From: a virus
Reading direction: 5' to 3' (one strand)
Length of the DNA: 64,000 bases
IMG/VR virus record: IMGVR_UViG_3300032061_000001
Coordinates: 9,895-73,894 of that record
Shown: positions 48,062 through 57,491 of the stretch, one piece after another
Position numbering within the stretch: the first letter of the stretch is position 1
Layout: each line of letters starts with the position of its first letter
Position numbers and translations under genes: made by a program
The notes under the pieces: generated by a model
What the model was told of the DNA's origin: nothing
The model's database searches: none
What the model saw: only the letters and a program-made list of their open reading frames with translations

Positions 48062-48761
48062 ATTTCATCCCTATGATTGCAGTACTCGATTTTTCATAGG
48101 ACCGTTCTTTGACATCACCCCCAATGGTGATTTTTCTAAGCGGTAATTCTTGAATCAATAATTGGCCTTGGCTTAATCTTGCAGGAGGAATTTCATCAAC
48201 AACAAAATCGGGGTAATAACCATATCTGGCTGAGAATTTTTCTTGATCTGCCGGAGGATCCACCAACCATTTTATCTGTTTTGAGAAGAGCGGGACCTTA
48301 CCATATAGTTCACGGTCTATTGTAAAATCTCCTGGATATCGATAATTTATTACACCATCAAATCCGATAAATGAAATTGCCACCCTTCTCGGATCAGTCG
48401 GAATAAATGTCAATTGGGAATCGGAAACCAGGGCTATCTCGTCAATCATTTCAAATTCTCTAATCCCGAATGGAATAACCCGGTCACCTTCTGATATCCG
48501 ATATCTTGCCTCGACCAATAATTTATAGGTCCCCATTCTTATAGTTGGCAGATTCGCATCCTTTTTCTTGCTATTCATTCCGGTTGTTAAAATTCCTCTG
48601 ATCGGTACCGGGTCATCAAAATACTTCATCGCCCCATTGCAATTTGGGCAATTGACACCATCACAAGGACAAACCCTAACAGCGTAATGAAGCAGTTTGA
48701 TTGCTTCATCTCTTACAAAATCCTGTTGTTCTCGTCTCGTAACCTTTGGTTGTCTGTTCAT
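48054..48761 (-). CDS. head closure / neck protein
   Basis: A..CPC....CPNCNG....Y motif of myovirus neck proteins. Confidence 0.6.
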   Translation of the reverse strand: MNRQPKVTRREQQDFVRDEAIKLLHYAVRVCPCDGVNCPNCNGAMKYFDDPVPIRGILTTGMNSKKKDANLPTIRMGTYKLLVEARYRISEGDRVIPFGIREFEMIDEIALVSDSQLTFIPTDPRRVAISFIGFDGVINYRYPGDFTIDRELYGKVPLFSKQIKWLVDPPADQEKFSARYGYYPDFVVDEIPPARLSQGQLLIQELPLRKITIGGDVKERSYEKSSTAIIGMKYE

Positions 48762-48863
48762 GTGTTAATTATATCTCTATTTGCCGTTTGATATTCAAAC
48801 AGAACAATGGATAGAATTGGTTATATATAATTTAAAATTTAAATTACTTTTAGAGGAATACCG

Positions 48864-49082
48864 ATGAAAGAAAGGACAGAGGCACAAAGAATGGCGTTTA
48901 GCGCAGCAGCGGATAAGAATAGATCACTAGAGGGTTTGACTAATGAAGCAATTTCAAGTGGAATATTTATGAAAGCTGGCAAGAATAATGGAAGTTATTC
49001 ATTGGCTTGGATATTAGGAAGATTACGTTTAAACGATGATAGGGTTTCCAAAAAACTAATAGAATTTGCAAACACTCTTTAA
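48864..49082 (+). CDS. hypothetical protein
   Basis: 72 aa with GAGGA RBS. Confidence 0.5.
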   Translation: MKERTEAQRMAFSAAADKNRSLEGLTNEAISSGIFMKAGKNNGSYSLAWILGRLRLNDDRVSKKLIEFANTL

Positions 49083-49095
49083 TTAATAAAACATC

Positions 49096-49788
49096 ATGAG
49101 ATATACTCTATCCGAATTGGAGACACTCCCAATTGCAGGACAATTCGGGATTGGTGATTCGGTGACAATCAAAATTTATAATGCTGAGACACAGATTGAA
49201 TTGCCAACTGATGATGCTGTTTGTTTAGATACCAATGGAAATGGATTTTTTTATTGGAACTTTTCAAACCTAACGGCACAACCAACTGCTTTCATGAGAT
49301 TGCATTGGATTATGACAAATGTTGCCCTTGATATCCAGTCTGGATTCATAGATGTTGGAGGCTGGGTGGAATTGATAGCAGCTCAAAAGACATTTTTGAT
49401 GATTCCTTTTTCCATTGATATTTCTAAACAAGGAGTGAATAAGGGAGATTCATGGGAACCCGAATTCAGGATCGATACTAACGTTTCGGGGTTAAAAGTT
49501 TCTGCAGAACTGACTGACCTGGCAACGGTAGATTATGATCAAACTATTGTTAGTAAAGCAACATCCAATATAACAGGGGGTGGAGATGATCAGCTTTTGT
49601 TAGTCGCCGAGGCTGACACCTTTAAGATATATAGAATTTATGTCACAGGAGACGAAACGGCTTCTTTTGGGTCAAGATTTTTTGATCTCACTATTACAGT
49701 TAAAACAGCTGATGACCAAACATTGACTACCATTATCAGGAAAATACAGTTTACTGAAACGCCCGCGATCAAATTTGACACAGCTTAA
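49096..49788 (+). CDS. beta-rich, virion-like two-domain protein
   Basis: 230 aa, Thr/Asp-rich; C-half resembles BppU-N/Ig-like strands (KGDSW...FDLTITV). Confidence 0.45.
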   Translation: MRYTLSELETLPIAGQFGIGDSVTIKIYNAETQIELPTDDAVCLDTNGNGFFYWNFSNLTAQPTAFMRLHWIMTNVALDIQSGFIDVGGWVELIAAQKTFLMIPFSIDISKQGVNKGDSWEPEFRIDTNVSGLKVSAELTDLATVDYDQTIVSKATSNITGGGDDQLLLVAEADTFKIYRIYVTGDETASFGSRFFDLTITVKTADDQTLTTIIRKIQFTETPAIKFDTA

Positions 49789-49875
49789 AAATAAATGTTG
49801 ACAATGTATATTAATCTATACGATACTTAGTTTTCGTAGTGAGCAAATGAAGGACTACCATTCCCCCGCTTTTGG

Positions 49876-50691
49876 TTAATTCTGAGAGCGGGGTTCAAGT
49901 AATCCAAATTCCTGCAATAATTTAACATCCCATTCCTTCAAGACATAAATTCTCGTAATTTCTCCTGGCTGTGTATATTCAACGTCGAAACCTGGATTGA
50001 TATTTAGAAATTCATCATAATCTATCATAAGTATAGATGAAATCCTTCGAAGGCTGTGCGATCCCCTTTTCAATTCGACAACCTCCAAACTTTCGTTCTC
50101 TTCTTTAATTTCATATCTTTTTGGATTTGAGACTATCTTTAAGATTGCATAGAATTTAGGAATGTAATCCATCGTTTCTTTTGATAGTACCAGATCCCAA
50201 TAATTATTTGACTTAGATTTTATTATCGCTGAATTTATGCTCGTTGGTCCGGCATTATAGGCCGCTATTGCCAAATTCCAATCCCCGAACAATTTATAAA
50301 GCGATAAAAGATAGTTCGAAGCCGCGATTGTTGATTTATGAAAATCATAGCGAGAATCTTTCCATGACCCCCTATTTAAACCATATGCATTCCCAGTAGA
50401 TTTTATAAATTGCCAACAACCGGCTGCATTTTTATTGCTATTTGAGGCACAATTGAATCCCGATTCAACTATCGGTAACCAAGAAATCTCTTCGGGTACC
50501 CCTTTTTCTCTGAAGATTTTGACAATCTCTTTGCGATATAGCCTGGATCTTAACAGGGATGCTTTTAAATGAGGTTTGAGTCTCCCAGTATATTCAGATA
50601 CCCAATGATCAATTCTCTTATTTGATGGTATTTCCATAGCATAAGAGGTACTGATAATTAGTATCTGGATTAGTATGAGTATTAGTTTCAT
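49876..50691 (-). CDS. MltD-like lytic transglycosylase with signal peptide
   Basis: LPIVESGF, AAGCWQFI, AIAAYNAG, ETMDYIPK; degenerate LysM-like C-terminus. Confidence 0.92.
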   Translation of the reverse strand: MKLILILIQILIISTSYAMEIPSNKRIDHWVSEYTGRLKPHLKASLLRSRLYRKEIVKIFREKGVPEEISWLPIVESGFNCASNSNKNAAGCWQFIKSTGNAYGLNRGSWKDSRYDFHKSTIAASNYLLSLYKLFGDWNLAIAAYNAGPTSINSAIIKSKSNNYWDLVLSKETMDYIPKFYAILKIVSNPKRYEIKEENESLEVVELKRGSHSLRRISSILMIDYDEFLNINPGFDVEYTQPGEITRIYVLKEWDVKLLQEFGLLEPRSQN

Positions 50692-50729
50692 GGTTTGAGA
50701 ATAGACTTTGATTTATTTTTGGTCAATAT

Positions 50730-50781
50730 GCATTATTTTGTTGACACATTATAAAGTATTAAAGTATATTTAATTTACATT
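50730..50781 (+). promoter_or_regulatory. sigma70-like promoter cassette, twin of 34360-34411
   Basis: TTGACA-18-TATATT with tandem TAAAGTAT boxes. Confidence 0.75.
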
Positions 50782-50810
50782 GATTAAATAACACTCAAAC
50801 AGGGACCAAA

Positions 50811-50996
50811 ATGAAAGAATTCAGTCTTAATCAAATAGTAAAGGGAAAATTTGCAGGAACTTTTGTGATTTTGGGGTTCAGAAAAATAGATGGGGTTGAA
50901 TATGTTCAGTTAAAACCGGTTAATCCGGATAATCATAGGCAACATGGAATTGGAGAAATAGCACTTCCGATAATTTCGATAGAAGAAATCGATTAA
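50811..50996 (+). CDS. small SH3/KOW-like beta protein
   Basis: 61 aa; first gene after the promoter. Confidence 0.5.
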   Translation: MKEFSLNQIVKGKFAGTFVILGFRKIDGVEYVQLKPVNPDNHRQHGIGEIALPIISIEEID

Positions 50997-51048
50997 AATA
51001 ATGCCGGGCCAACCAGGCTTACCATCTAACCTTAAATAGAGCTTAAAT

Positions 51049-51366
51049 ATGAAACAAAAACAAAAAGACATTGTACTTAATATTCTGATCCATTCCGCCG
51101 AAACTTATCTACAGCGCAATTACCAAACGCTGGCTAAACCACAGTTGGATTCGTATAAATATGATTGCCAGAGTCTAATCGATAGAGAACCAGGAACGGC
51201 AATCCGTTTATATTTTGGTTATATTGAATTGACCTTCAAAGAGGGCCAATTGTTTGTTGATCAGAGGATCCTGGATAAAATCCCGCATGAGGTATACGAT
51301 GATTTTCACTCTGATCATGTTCAGGCATGTCTGCTTGCCATAGAGGTTCTGCTTCTTTCTAATTGA
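51049..51366 (+). CDS. hypothetical protein
   Basis: 105-aa ORF in the plus-strand island. Confidence 0.55.
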   Translation: MKQKQKDIVLNILIHSAETYLQRNYQTLAKPQLDSYKYDCQSLIDREPGTAIRLYFGYIELTFKEGQLFVDQRILDKIPHEVYDDFHSDHVQACLLAIEVLLLSN

Positions 51367-51683
51367 TTAAATATCTCTGGAACAATACTGCGACCTGCGT
51401 TTTAGTTATCAATATCTCTTTGGTCTGGCTTCCAAAAACTGGAGTGATTGAATTTAGCGATGGAACAAATATGCTCCTTTTGTTTTTGCTCCCGTTCTTG
51501 CTTTTACTGGTAAGGATTGATTTCCTAGATAAAAAAATTGATAAGATCCCGGTAATTCATGTTTTTAAAGCCCCAGAAGATGGAGGGGCGGAAATTAAAG
51601 GATTTTTTGATGACTGGGAAAAACGAAAAGTTCATATTAGACCGGAACCGGAAGATGGACCTCCAACTTCAAGGACAAAATAG
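51363..51683 (+). CDS. small two-TM membrane protein
   Basis: two hydrophobic segments and a charged tail. Confidence 0.5.
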   Translation: MIKYLWNNTATCVLVINISLVWLPKTGVIEFSDGTNMLLLFLLPFLLLLVRIDFLDKKIDKIPVIHVFKAPEDGGAEIKGFFDDWEKRKVHIRPEPEDGPPTSRTK

Positions 51684-51685
51684 CA

Positions 51686-53161
51686 TTAATATTTAAAAAT
51701 CATGGATCCGCCCATAATCTTTTCAATTAGTCTGCTTATCAAACCTATTCGTTGCTGATCTTTAGTGGCTGTACCGCTGCCTAGTATTCTATGCAACTCA
51801 ATTATCGATGAACTCAGAAGGGAATTCTCAGCGGACTCGACTGTATTATAACTGCTGGATATTCCTCCAACGCTGAAACTTCTGCTTGCGATACCACCAG
51901 ATCTTCCCAATCCGCTTTGGACATAAATATCAATTGCTGCTATTTTAGAGATTACATCCAAAGCCATGGATTGTATTTCTGGATCGGTTATCCCAGCTAT
52001 CACAGTTCCATTCCAGAAGTTTTTGACCTTATTTCTGTCCCCATAATTGTTCTTTGAGTAGATTGTTCGATTCCAAATACCAGGTAACCCGAGAGTAACT
52101 GTATTTCCAGCAACTATCATCCCGAAGGGGAATCCCCGAACGACAACTTGACCGTCAGTACTAAATTCAACTCTTTGCATATCGATAGCTATCTTAGAAT
52201 CTCCTTGTCCGGTACCCTTATATTTTCCCCATAGTTCTATGATGCCCTGAAGCATATTTACCGGGAACTCAAAGGACATATCTGAAGTTTCTGAATACGG
52301 CTTGGGGATATCCATCACCGGGTTAAGATATTTGTAACCAAGCTTTACCAAATCTTTATCGCTGCTATAAAGTCTCGGTTCGATATCAGTCATTATTAAT
52401 GTCTCTGCGACAATTCTGAAGGCATTATTAATCCAATATTGATATTCGCTATTCTGATATTTTTTAATATCCACCAAGACAACTTCGACTTCGTTTTGAG
52501 CCGGTAGTAAATCCATATCTTCAATTGTGACCCTAATATAATCACCGCCTTCAACCGAAGGAGTTGTCATGTAATCGGTCAGAATATAATCTGTATAATC
52601 ATCACTGATAACAACTGGCTCCCCGTTATTCCATTGCAGAGTTTTGTTGGTGAAATTCCAGACAATTTCCATCGCCCCTACTGTAGTTTCTTTGCTAATT
52701 TCCGTAATCTCAACACCAGTTATTTTTCTAAGCTCTTGTTGGATTTGTAAAGTTGTGTTAGATACAAGATCAACTCCAAGTAAATATTGAGCTGTAATAT
52801 TGGCAACAGAAATCGGCACTACACTAAATTCGGCGGAGGCAGTTACCCCATTGATAGATACTTGCAATGTGTGTTTTCCAATATTAAGAGGTAGATCAAT
52901 ATCAACATTAGCTCCGAGGTCAAAGACAACATTATTCAGATCGTATTCTTTAGTCAGTTTTGTGGTTGAATCTGTAATCGTTTCTGTCCAGGTAGTGAGA
53001 TCATATTCCATACCAAGAAAGGTAATTATCTTGGCAGTGAAGATATTGTCCTGTAATACATCATAAATATCTATGATCTTAATTCTTACTTTGAGATCTT
53101 TATACGCAGTCTCAAACCGGCAAAATTCTGGTTTTAGGAACTTAATAGATAGTTCTGCCAT
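51686..53161 (-). CDS. head-tail adaptor/connector protein
   Basis: C-terminal GIASRSFSVGGISSSY..SAENS typical of myovirus adaptors; extended N-terminus. Confidence 0.65.
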   Translation of the reverse strand: MAELSIKFLKPEFCRFETAYKDLKVRIKIIDIYDVLQDNIFTAKIITFLGMEYDLTTWTETITDSTTKLTKEYDLNNVVFDLGANVDIDLPLNIGKHTLQVSINGVTASAEFSVVPISVANITAQYLLGVDLVSNTTLQIQQELRKITGVEITEISKETTVGAMEIVWNFTNKTLQWNNGEPVVISDDYTDYILTDYMTTPSVEGGDYIRVTIEDMDLLPAQNEVEVVLVDIKKYQNSEYQYWINNAFRIVAETLIMTDIEPRLYSSDKDLVKLGYKYLNPVMDIPKPYSETSDMSFEFPVNMLQGIIELWGKYKGTGQGDSKIAIDMQRVEFSTDGQVVVRGFPFGMIVAGNTVTLGLPGIWNRTIYSKNNYGDRNKVKNFWNGTVIAGITDPEIQSMALDVISKIAAIDIYVQSGLGRSGGIASRSFSVGGISSSYNTVESAENSLLSSSIIELHRILGSGTATKDQQRIGLISRLIEKIMGGSMIFKY

Positions 53162-53164
53162 TGG

Positions 53165-54922
53165 TTATCCTTTTTTACTTCTATGCTTTAGCTTTTGTTT
53201 TTTGGATATTTTTTTCTTATTCAATTGGATCAGTTTTTCTTTAGCCTGATTGATATAATTGCCATCCGGATAGAATCTGATATAAGCTTCATAATCTTCT
53301 ATTTTTCCATTTCTGTTTGCCCTGTCGAATGCCAGCTGGTCTTTTGCTTGGCTTATTAAATTCGATTTTATATCAGGCGATATGAATGCCTTATTCATAT
53401 TGTCTGAATTAGAATCAAATGTGCCTTGATTATTTACTGATTTTATTTGGTTAGAGTTAAAAACTGCTATTTCGCTCCCATATTTTACTCCATCATATCC
53501 AAGTCGTTGAGCTATGTTATTATCATATTCCTGAGCAAGAGCTAGAAGATTCTCATTGCTTGCCTTTTTTAGGCTTGCATTATCTACATAGGTTATATAA
53601 TATCCATTGTCTGCCATTTCTATATCTGGTTTTGATCGATCATGGTAATAATTTTTAGCTTCTTTTAATTTTTTCTCAAAAAAAGAACTCGCTTTATCTT
53701 TATCTGATTCACTGAAGAATTTCTTTTCCCTGCCACTAAATCCAGCTAATCTTTCCTTTGGTACTATCTTTTCGAGTTCCGATGAAATATGTCCTCGCTG
53801 TTTTTCCGTCAAATTACCCCAATCAAGAAGTTTTTCCGACTTTAAATAAACACTGTGTATATTTTTACCATATTGCTTGGCTTTATCTATATTTGGAGTA
53901 AAATAATACCCATAACCGAGAGCTGTTAGTTTTTCCCCTTTTTGATTAAATTCCGTAAATTTACCATTGGTACCATGATAGACAACCAATGGTTTCCCAG
54001 AACTATCGACAACTTTAGAATCGCCAAACCAATCTTTGAAGGCTTTGCTTTCGGTGCCGTTTTTCTTCCAGTCTTCGATTTTTGCTTGGTCTGTTTGTTT
54101 TTTCTCTTTTAATATTTCTGGCTTTTGTATCTTCTCGCTTTTTAATTTATTTTGTGTGGATTTTATTTCATTTTTTACGGTTATTTTTTTATTCTCTTTT
54201 GCATCTGGTTTTGATTCATTGAATTCTCCGGGATTAAATTTCCCCTTATGGATAATTTGAGGATCATGAACAGTTCCATCTTTGGCAATAGCTATATGAT
54301 GGATTTCTCCAGTTTCTTTGTGCTTTGCTTCAAGATAAATATGGTCTTTATCCTTCCCGGTTAAAACTTTTAGCGGTTCCAGGTTTGATTTTCTATCCTG
54401 GAATGCTTGGATGACCGCTTTGACTGAACTCTGTTGTTTCTCGGAGCTATCAGATATTTGATTTAATATTCTTGACTTATTCTGGCGGGATTCAACCTGG
54501 GATTTGTTAATCTGATACCGGTTTTTGATTAACTCTTGCTTGCGGGTATGATTGGCAATATGGGTTTCTTGATTTTTTATCTCGGCCTTAAGATGAGCTA
54601 GTTTTGTATCGTGCGATATTCCGCTTTTATCATCTTTTGAGGAACCTCTTTTTTTTAATTCATCATGGTATTTCTTTACCGCATCTAATATTGATTGATG
54701 TTCGGCTTTTTTTGATTCTAGTTCGGCATGAGCCTTATCGGCATCTTTATTATTCAAATCATGGAATCTTGTTTTGATATGCTTTTGCTGGACGATGGCC
54801 TGATTACGTTTATCGAAATGCTGTTGAATGACTGTACCATCTTTTCTGGTATAAGTTTTGACAAAACTTTTCAGAAATGAAGTGAGGACAATAAATCTCG
54901 GTATAGCATACATTCTTGCCAC
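53165..54922 (-). CDS. polyvalent protein with ART-PolyVal-like ADP-ribosyltransferase domain
   Basis: FKDWFGDSKVVD..GKPLVVYHGT..GYYFT...A..Y..VYL..GYDGV..EIAVF..NQIKS..N.GTF. Confidence 0.85.
   Translation of the reverse strand: MARMYAIPRFIVLTSFLKSFVKTYTRKDGTVIQQHFDKRNQAIVQQKHIKTRFHDLNNKDADKAHAELESKKAEHQSILDAVKKYHDELKKRGSSKDDKSGISHDTKLAHLKAEIKNQETHIANHTRKQELIKNRYQINKSQVESRQNKSRILNQISDSSEKQQSSVKAVIQAFQDRKSNLEPLKVLTGKDKDHIYLEAKHKETGEIHHIAIAKDGTVHDPQIIHKGKFNPGEFNESKPDAKENKKITVKNEIKSTQNKLKSEKIQKPEILKEKKQTDQAKIEDWKKNGTESKAFKDWFGDSKVVDSSGKPLVVYHGTNGKFTEFNQKGEKLTALGYGYYFTPNIDKAKQYGKNIHSVYLKSEKLLDWGNLTEKQRGHISSELEKIVPKERLAGFSGREKKFFSESDKDKASSFFEKKLKEAKNYYHDRSKPDIEMADNGYYITYVDNASLKKASNENLLALAQEYDNNIAQRLGYDGVKYGSEIAVFNSNQIKSVNNQGTFDSNSDNMNKAFISPDIKSNLISQAKDQLAFDRANRNGKIEDYEAYIRFYPDGNYINQAKEKLIQLNKKKISKKQKLKHRSKKG
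54010..54093. repeat. 84-bp dispersed repeat, copy 1
   Basis: 79/84 identical to 62734-62817. Confidence 0.9.
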
Positions 54923-54925
54923 CGT

Positions 54926-55207
54926 TTATGAGAACATTTTGTAAAGAGAAATGCAAAAAAATGTGGACCCCATAAACCATAATGAGTATTTGAGACAGAT
55001 TGTCGCTATTTGATTTAACTTAGTCTGGCTCATCCGCTGATTTTCTTTTTTCTGTTCCCAAGCTATGCGGTCCTGATATTCTTTTGGGGTAATTATTGAC
55101 TTCCAAGAAATCATCCCGAAAATCATAATAATCACAATTGGCACGATTGACCAATAGTTTAACATTCCCCATAGCGCAAGAGATCCCTTCCAGATCCAGT
55201 CGAACAT
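54926..55207 (-). CDS. small membrane protein
   Basis: two TM segments; GAGG RBS. Confidence 0.55.
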   Translation of the reverse strand: MFDWIWKGSLALWGMLNYWSIVPIVIIMIFGMISWKSIITPKEYQDRIAWEQKKENQRMSQTKLNQIATICLKYSLWFMGSTFFCISLYKMFS

Positions 55208-55208
55208 G

Positions 55209-55589
55209 TTATTTCCTCACTTCAAGAGTTACCTTATTTCCATCGCAATCTTCAAAAATATACGTTGTCAATCCCTTTTCCCGTTTTCTCTTAATCAGTC
55301 CGATGCATGCCTTATCATTTTGGGATAGAGAATTTAGGTCAAAACTTCCGGTTAAGATATAGCCATTATCATATTTAAGCTTCTCTTCTAATCCCGTGAT
55401 ATTTTCATCGAACATCTCTTTATCTTTGGTAACGAAACGTTCTTTTGGATATTGATAATTTGCTGTCTTTAATGGCTCCTGTTGGATATTCTGTTCATGT
55501 TTTATGATTACGATTTCCTTTTCTCCATCGCATGCATTTGCAAACAATATTATCAATATCAATGATATTAATATAAATGCTTCTTTCAT
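55209..55589 (-). CDS. lipoprotein
   Basis: IILFANA-C lipobox. Confidence 0.55.
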   Translation of the reverse strand: MKEAFILISLILIILFANACDGEKEIVIIKHEQNIQQEPLKTANYQYPKERFVTKDKEMFDENITGLEEKLKYDNGYILTGSFDLNSLSQNDKACIGLIKRKREKGLTTYIFEDCDGNKVTLEVRK

Positions 55590-56158
55590 GGTTTTCCTTT
55601 CTCCTTAATTTCCTCAATTGATTTTACAGCATACCCTCCGATCGCTCCCAGGATGACCCACATGATCGTATCTTTGGTAAAAGGGTACCGACAAACATCT
55701 GTTACAAACCATTTAAAAAAATGGCCATCCAAGGCAATCATCAGCATCATCCAGGCATGACCAACTGTATAGGCACTCACTAATTTTAGAATCGCGATGA
55801 ATGGCAGGCTCCCCTCCGGAATCATTAACAATGAAAGCCATACCAAATTGAGAAAGATCAAAACATAGACATATGCCGGGATGTCTATGTTTCCGGTGCA
55901 TTCATTGATTGAATATGCTAGAACAATTCCGAGCAGAATACAAAAGAGAATGACAAATTGCTCATTCTGCATTACCGAGATACGCAGACTATTGATCCGC
56001 TCCTGCCAATAGATAACCTTATCTTCGATTGTTTTTATGCCGTCGTCCAGCTTGGCAGACGTTCTTGTGATATTCTTTGAATCTCCTTTATTTTCTAAGA
56101 GATTCTTTTGTATCCCGTGAAGTCTGTCGTAGACATCTTCGGGTTTTAGATCTGACAT
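55586..56158 (-). CDS. four-TM membrane protein with N-terminal coiled coil
   Basis: start reset to MSDLKP behind AAAGGAGACG. Confidence 0.55.
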   Translation of the reverse strand: MSDLKPEDVYDRLHGIQKNLLENKGDSKNITRTSAKLDDGIKTIEDKVIYWQERINSLRISVMQNEQFVILFCILLGIVLAYSINECTGNIDIPAYVYVLIFLNLVWLSLLMIPEGSLPFIAILKLVSAYTVGHAWMMLMIALDGHFFKWFVTDVCRYPFTKDTIMWVILGAIGGYAVKSIEEIKEKGKP

Positions 56159-56180
56159 CCGTCTCCTTTTTTTTTGTAAA

Positions 56181-56858
56181 TTAAGTGAAATATCGGGTGT
56201 CGATGCAGACCCCCTTCTTAATCTTTGTCTGGAGATATACCACCGATTTATCATCCATAATTAGGCGATGGAGATCCGATTTTGTATCTTCGTTCAACTG
56301 GGTAGACGCCATCAAATGTGAAATTGCCACCTGGTGTTCTTTTGGCAATGGAATTTTCGGGAAAGACCCGGTTACCCTCTCCGTCTTTTTTGCTAAATTC
56401 TTGACCTGAATAGTCAAGTTATTTACTTCTTGCGTCTTTTTCTGTAATTCTTCATCTAGTCCGGAATGGTATTCAAGACTTCTTGTCAGCTTCTCATTCT
56501 TTTCTGCATGTTCCTTGATCTGTTTTCTCAGATTTTCATTATCCTTTTTCAGGATATCCATTTTATCTTCCCGTTCTTTCAGATCTTGTTTTAGACCGTC
56601 AGTTGTTGACCCAGTTTTCAGGAGCTTTTCATTTTCCTGCTGGTGGTTGCTGATTTCCTGGGATAGTTTCCGATTGGCATCATTGACTGTTTTGAACTTT
56701 TCTTTCAAATCTTTCAAATCTGCTTCGAGCTGGACAACTTTTTCGTTATCTTTTTCCAGTTTCTTATTCCCGGACTCCATCTCTTGATAAGCCGTTCGTA
56801 GAATTTTGAGAGAATTTTCGAGATCTTTAATTTTAATGTCTTTTTCATCTTTGGCCAT
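56181..56858 (-). CDS. long coiled-coil protein
   Basis: heptad K/E/L-rich over ~160 aa. Confidence 0.65.
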   Translation of the reverse strand: MAKDEKDIKIKDLENSLKILRTAYQEMESGNKKLEKDNEKVVQLEADLKDLKEKFKTVNDANRKLSQEISNHQQENEKLLKTGSTTDGLKQDLKEREDKMDILKKDNENLRKQIKEHAEKNEKLTRSLEYHSGLDEELQKKTQEVNNLTIQVKNLAKKTERVTGSFPKIPLPKEHQVAISHLMASTQLNEDTKSDLHRLIMDDKSVVYLQTKIKKGVCIDTRYFT

Positions 56859-56869
56859 TCTGCACCTCT

Positions 56870-57025
56870 TTAGAGATTTCTTCGGATGGTGCAGCCTACA
56901 TCAAGACCTACTGCACTCCTTAATTGAGTGACAAATGAATTGTCACTATAACATGTCCAACCGGATAGAGTATATAACCCGATTAAAACAAGAAACATAA
57001 TTATTAAGATTTTCACAGTTCCCAC
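56870..57025 (-). CDS. 51-aa signal-anchored peptide (below ORF-track cutoff)
   Basis: GTG start behind AAAGGAGACG; KILIIMFLVLIGLYTLSG, two Cys. Confidence 0.5.
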   Translation of the reverse strand: MGTVKILIIMFLVLIGLYTLSGWTCYSDNSFVTQLRSAVGLDVGCTIRRNL

Positions 57026-57036
57026 TTCGTCTCCTT

Positions 57037-57288
57037 TCACAATGATTGGAACTCTTCTTCCAACTCTTTGAGAGATTCCTTTATTTCTTTTAGCCTTTCC
57101 TCTAATAAAGAAATACCTATTTGATTATCTATTGGGAACATTAAGCCGTAAATTGTTATAATGTTCCCCATCTTGTTAAGCCCGTTTTTAACTTTGGCAA
57201 TAGTAGTTTCGATTTCATTAACGTTCTTTATTATAAGTTCTATCCTTTCAAATAGACTATTGGCTCTTTTTAATGTTTCGGCATGCAT
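57037..57288 (-). CDS. hypothetical coiled-coil protein
   Basis: 83 aa behind AAAGGAGACG. Confidence 0.6.
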   Translation of the reverse strand: MHAETLKRANSLFERIELIIKNVNEIETTIAKVKNGLNKMGNIITIYGLMFPIDNQIGISLLEERLKEIKESLKELEEEFQSL

Positions 57289-57309
57289 TTCGTCTCCTTT
57301 TGTAAATAG

Positions 57310-57477
57310 CTAATCGTCGCTTTCTTCATCTTCCCCTGCAATAACTCCAAAATATTTCTTCTGTTGATCCGTTAACGGATAACCATGAGCCGAATTGTCT
57401 TTCAGCATCTTTTTTGCCTTTTCAGGGGTAATATCCGTTGTTTCACTCGGCATTTTCTTTTTCTCTTCTGATTCCAT
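57310..57477 (-). CDS. 55-aa hypothetical protein (below ORF-track cutoff)
   Basis: MESEEKKK..TPEKAKKML..HGYPLTDQQKKYFG; RBS present. Confidence 0.5.
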   Translation of the reverse strand: MESEEKKKMPSETTDITPEKAKKMLKDNSAHGYPLTDQQKKYFGVIAGEDEESDD

Positions 57478-57491
57478 TTCCTACTTCTCCT

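Noticed and set aside
56861-56946. Hairpins (AGTGACAA/TTGTCACT; GTGCAG/CTGCAC) suggesting a riboswitch-like leader
   Set aside because: The region is explained by a 51-aa ORF (56870-57025) with the phage's typical RBS; the short stems may be chance.
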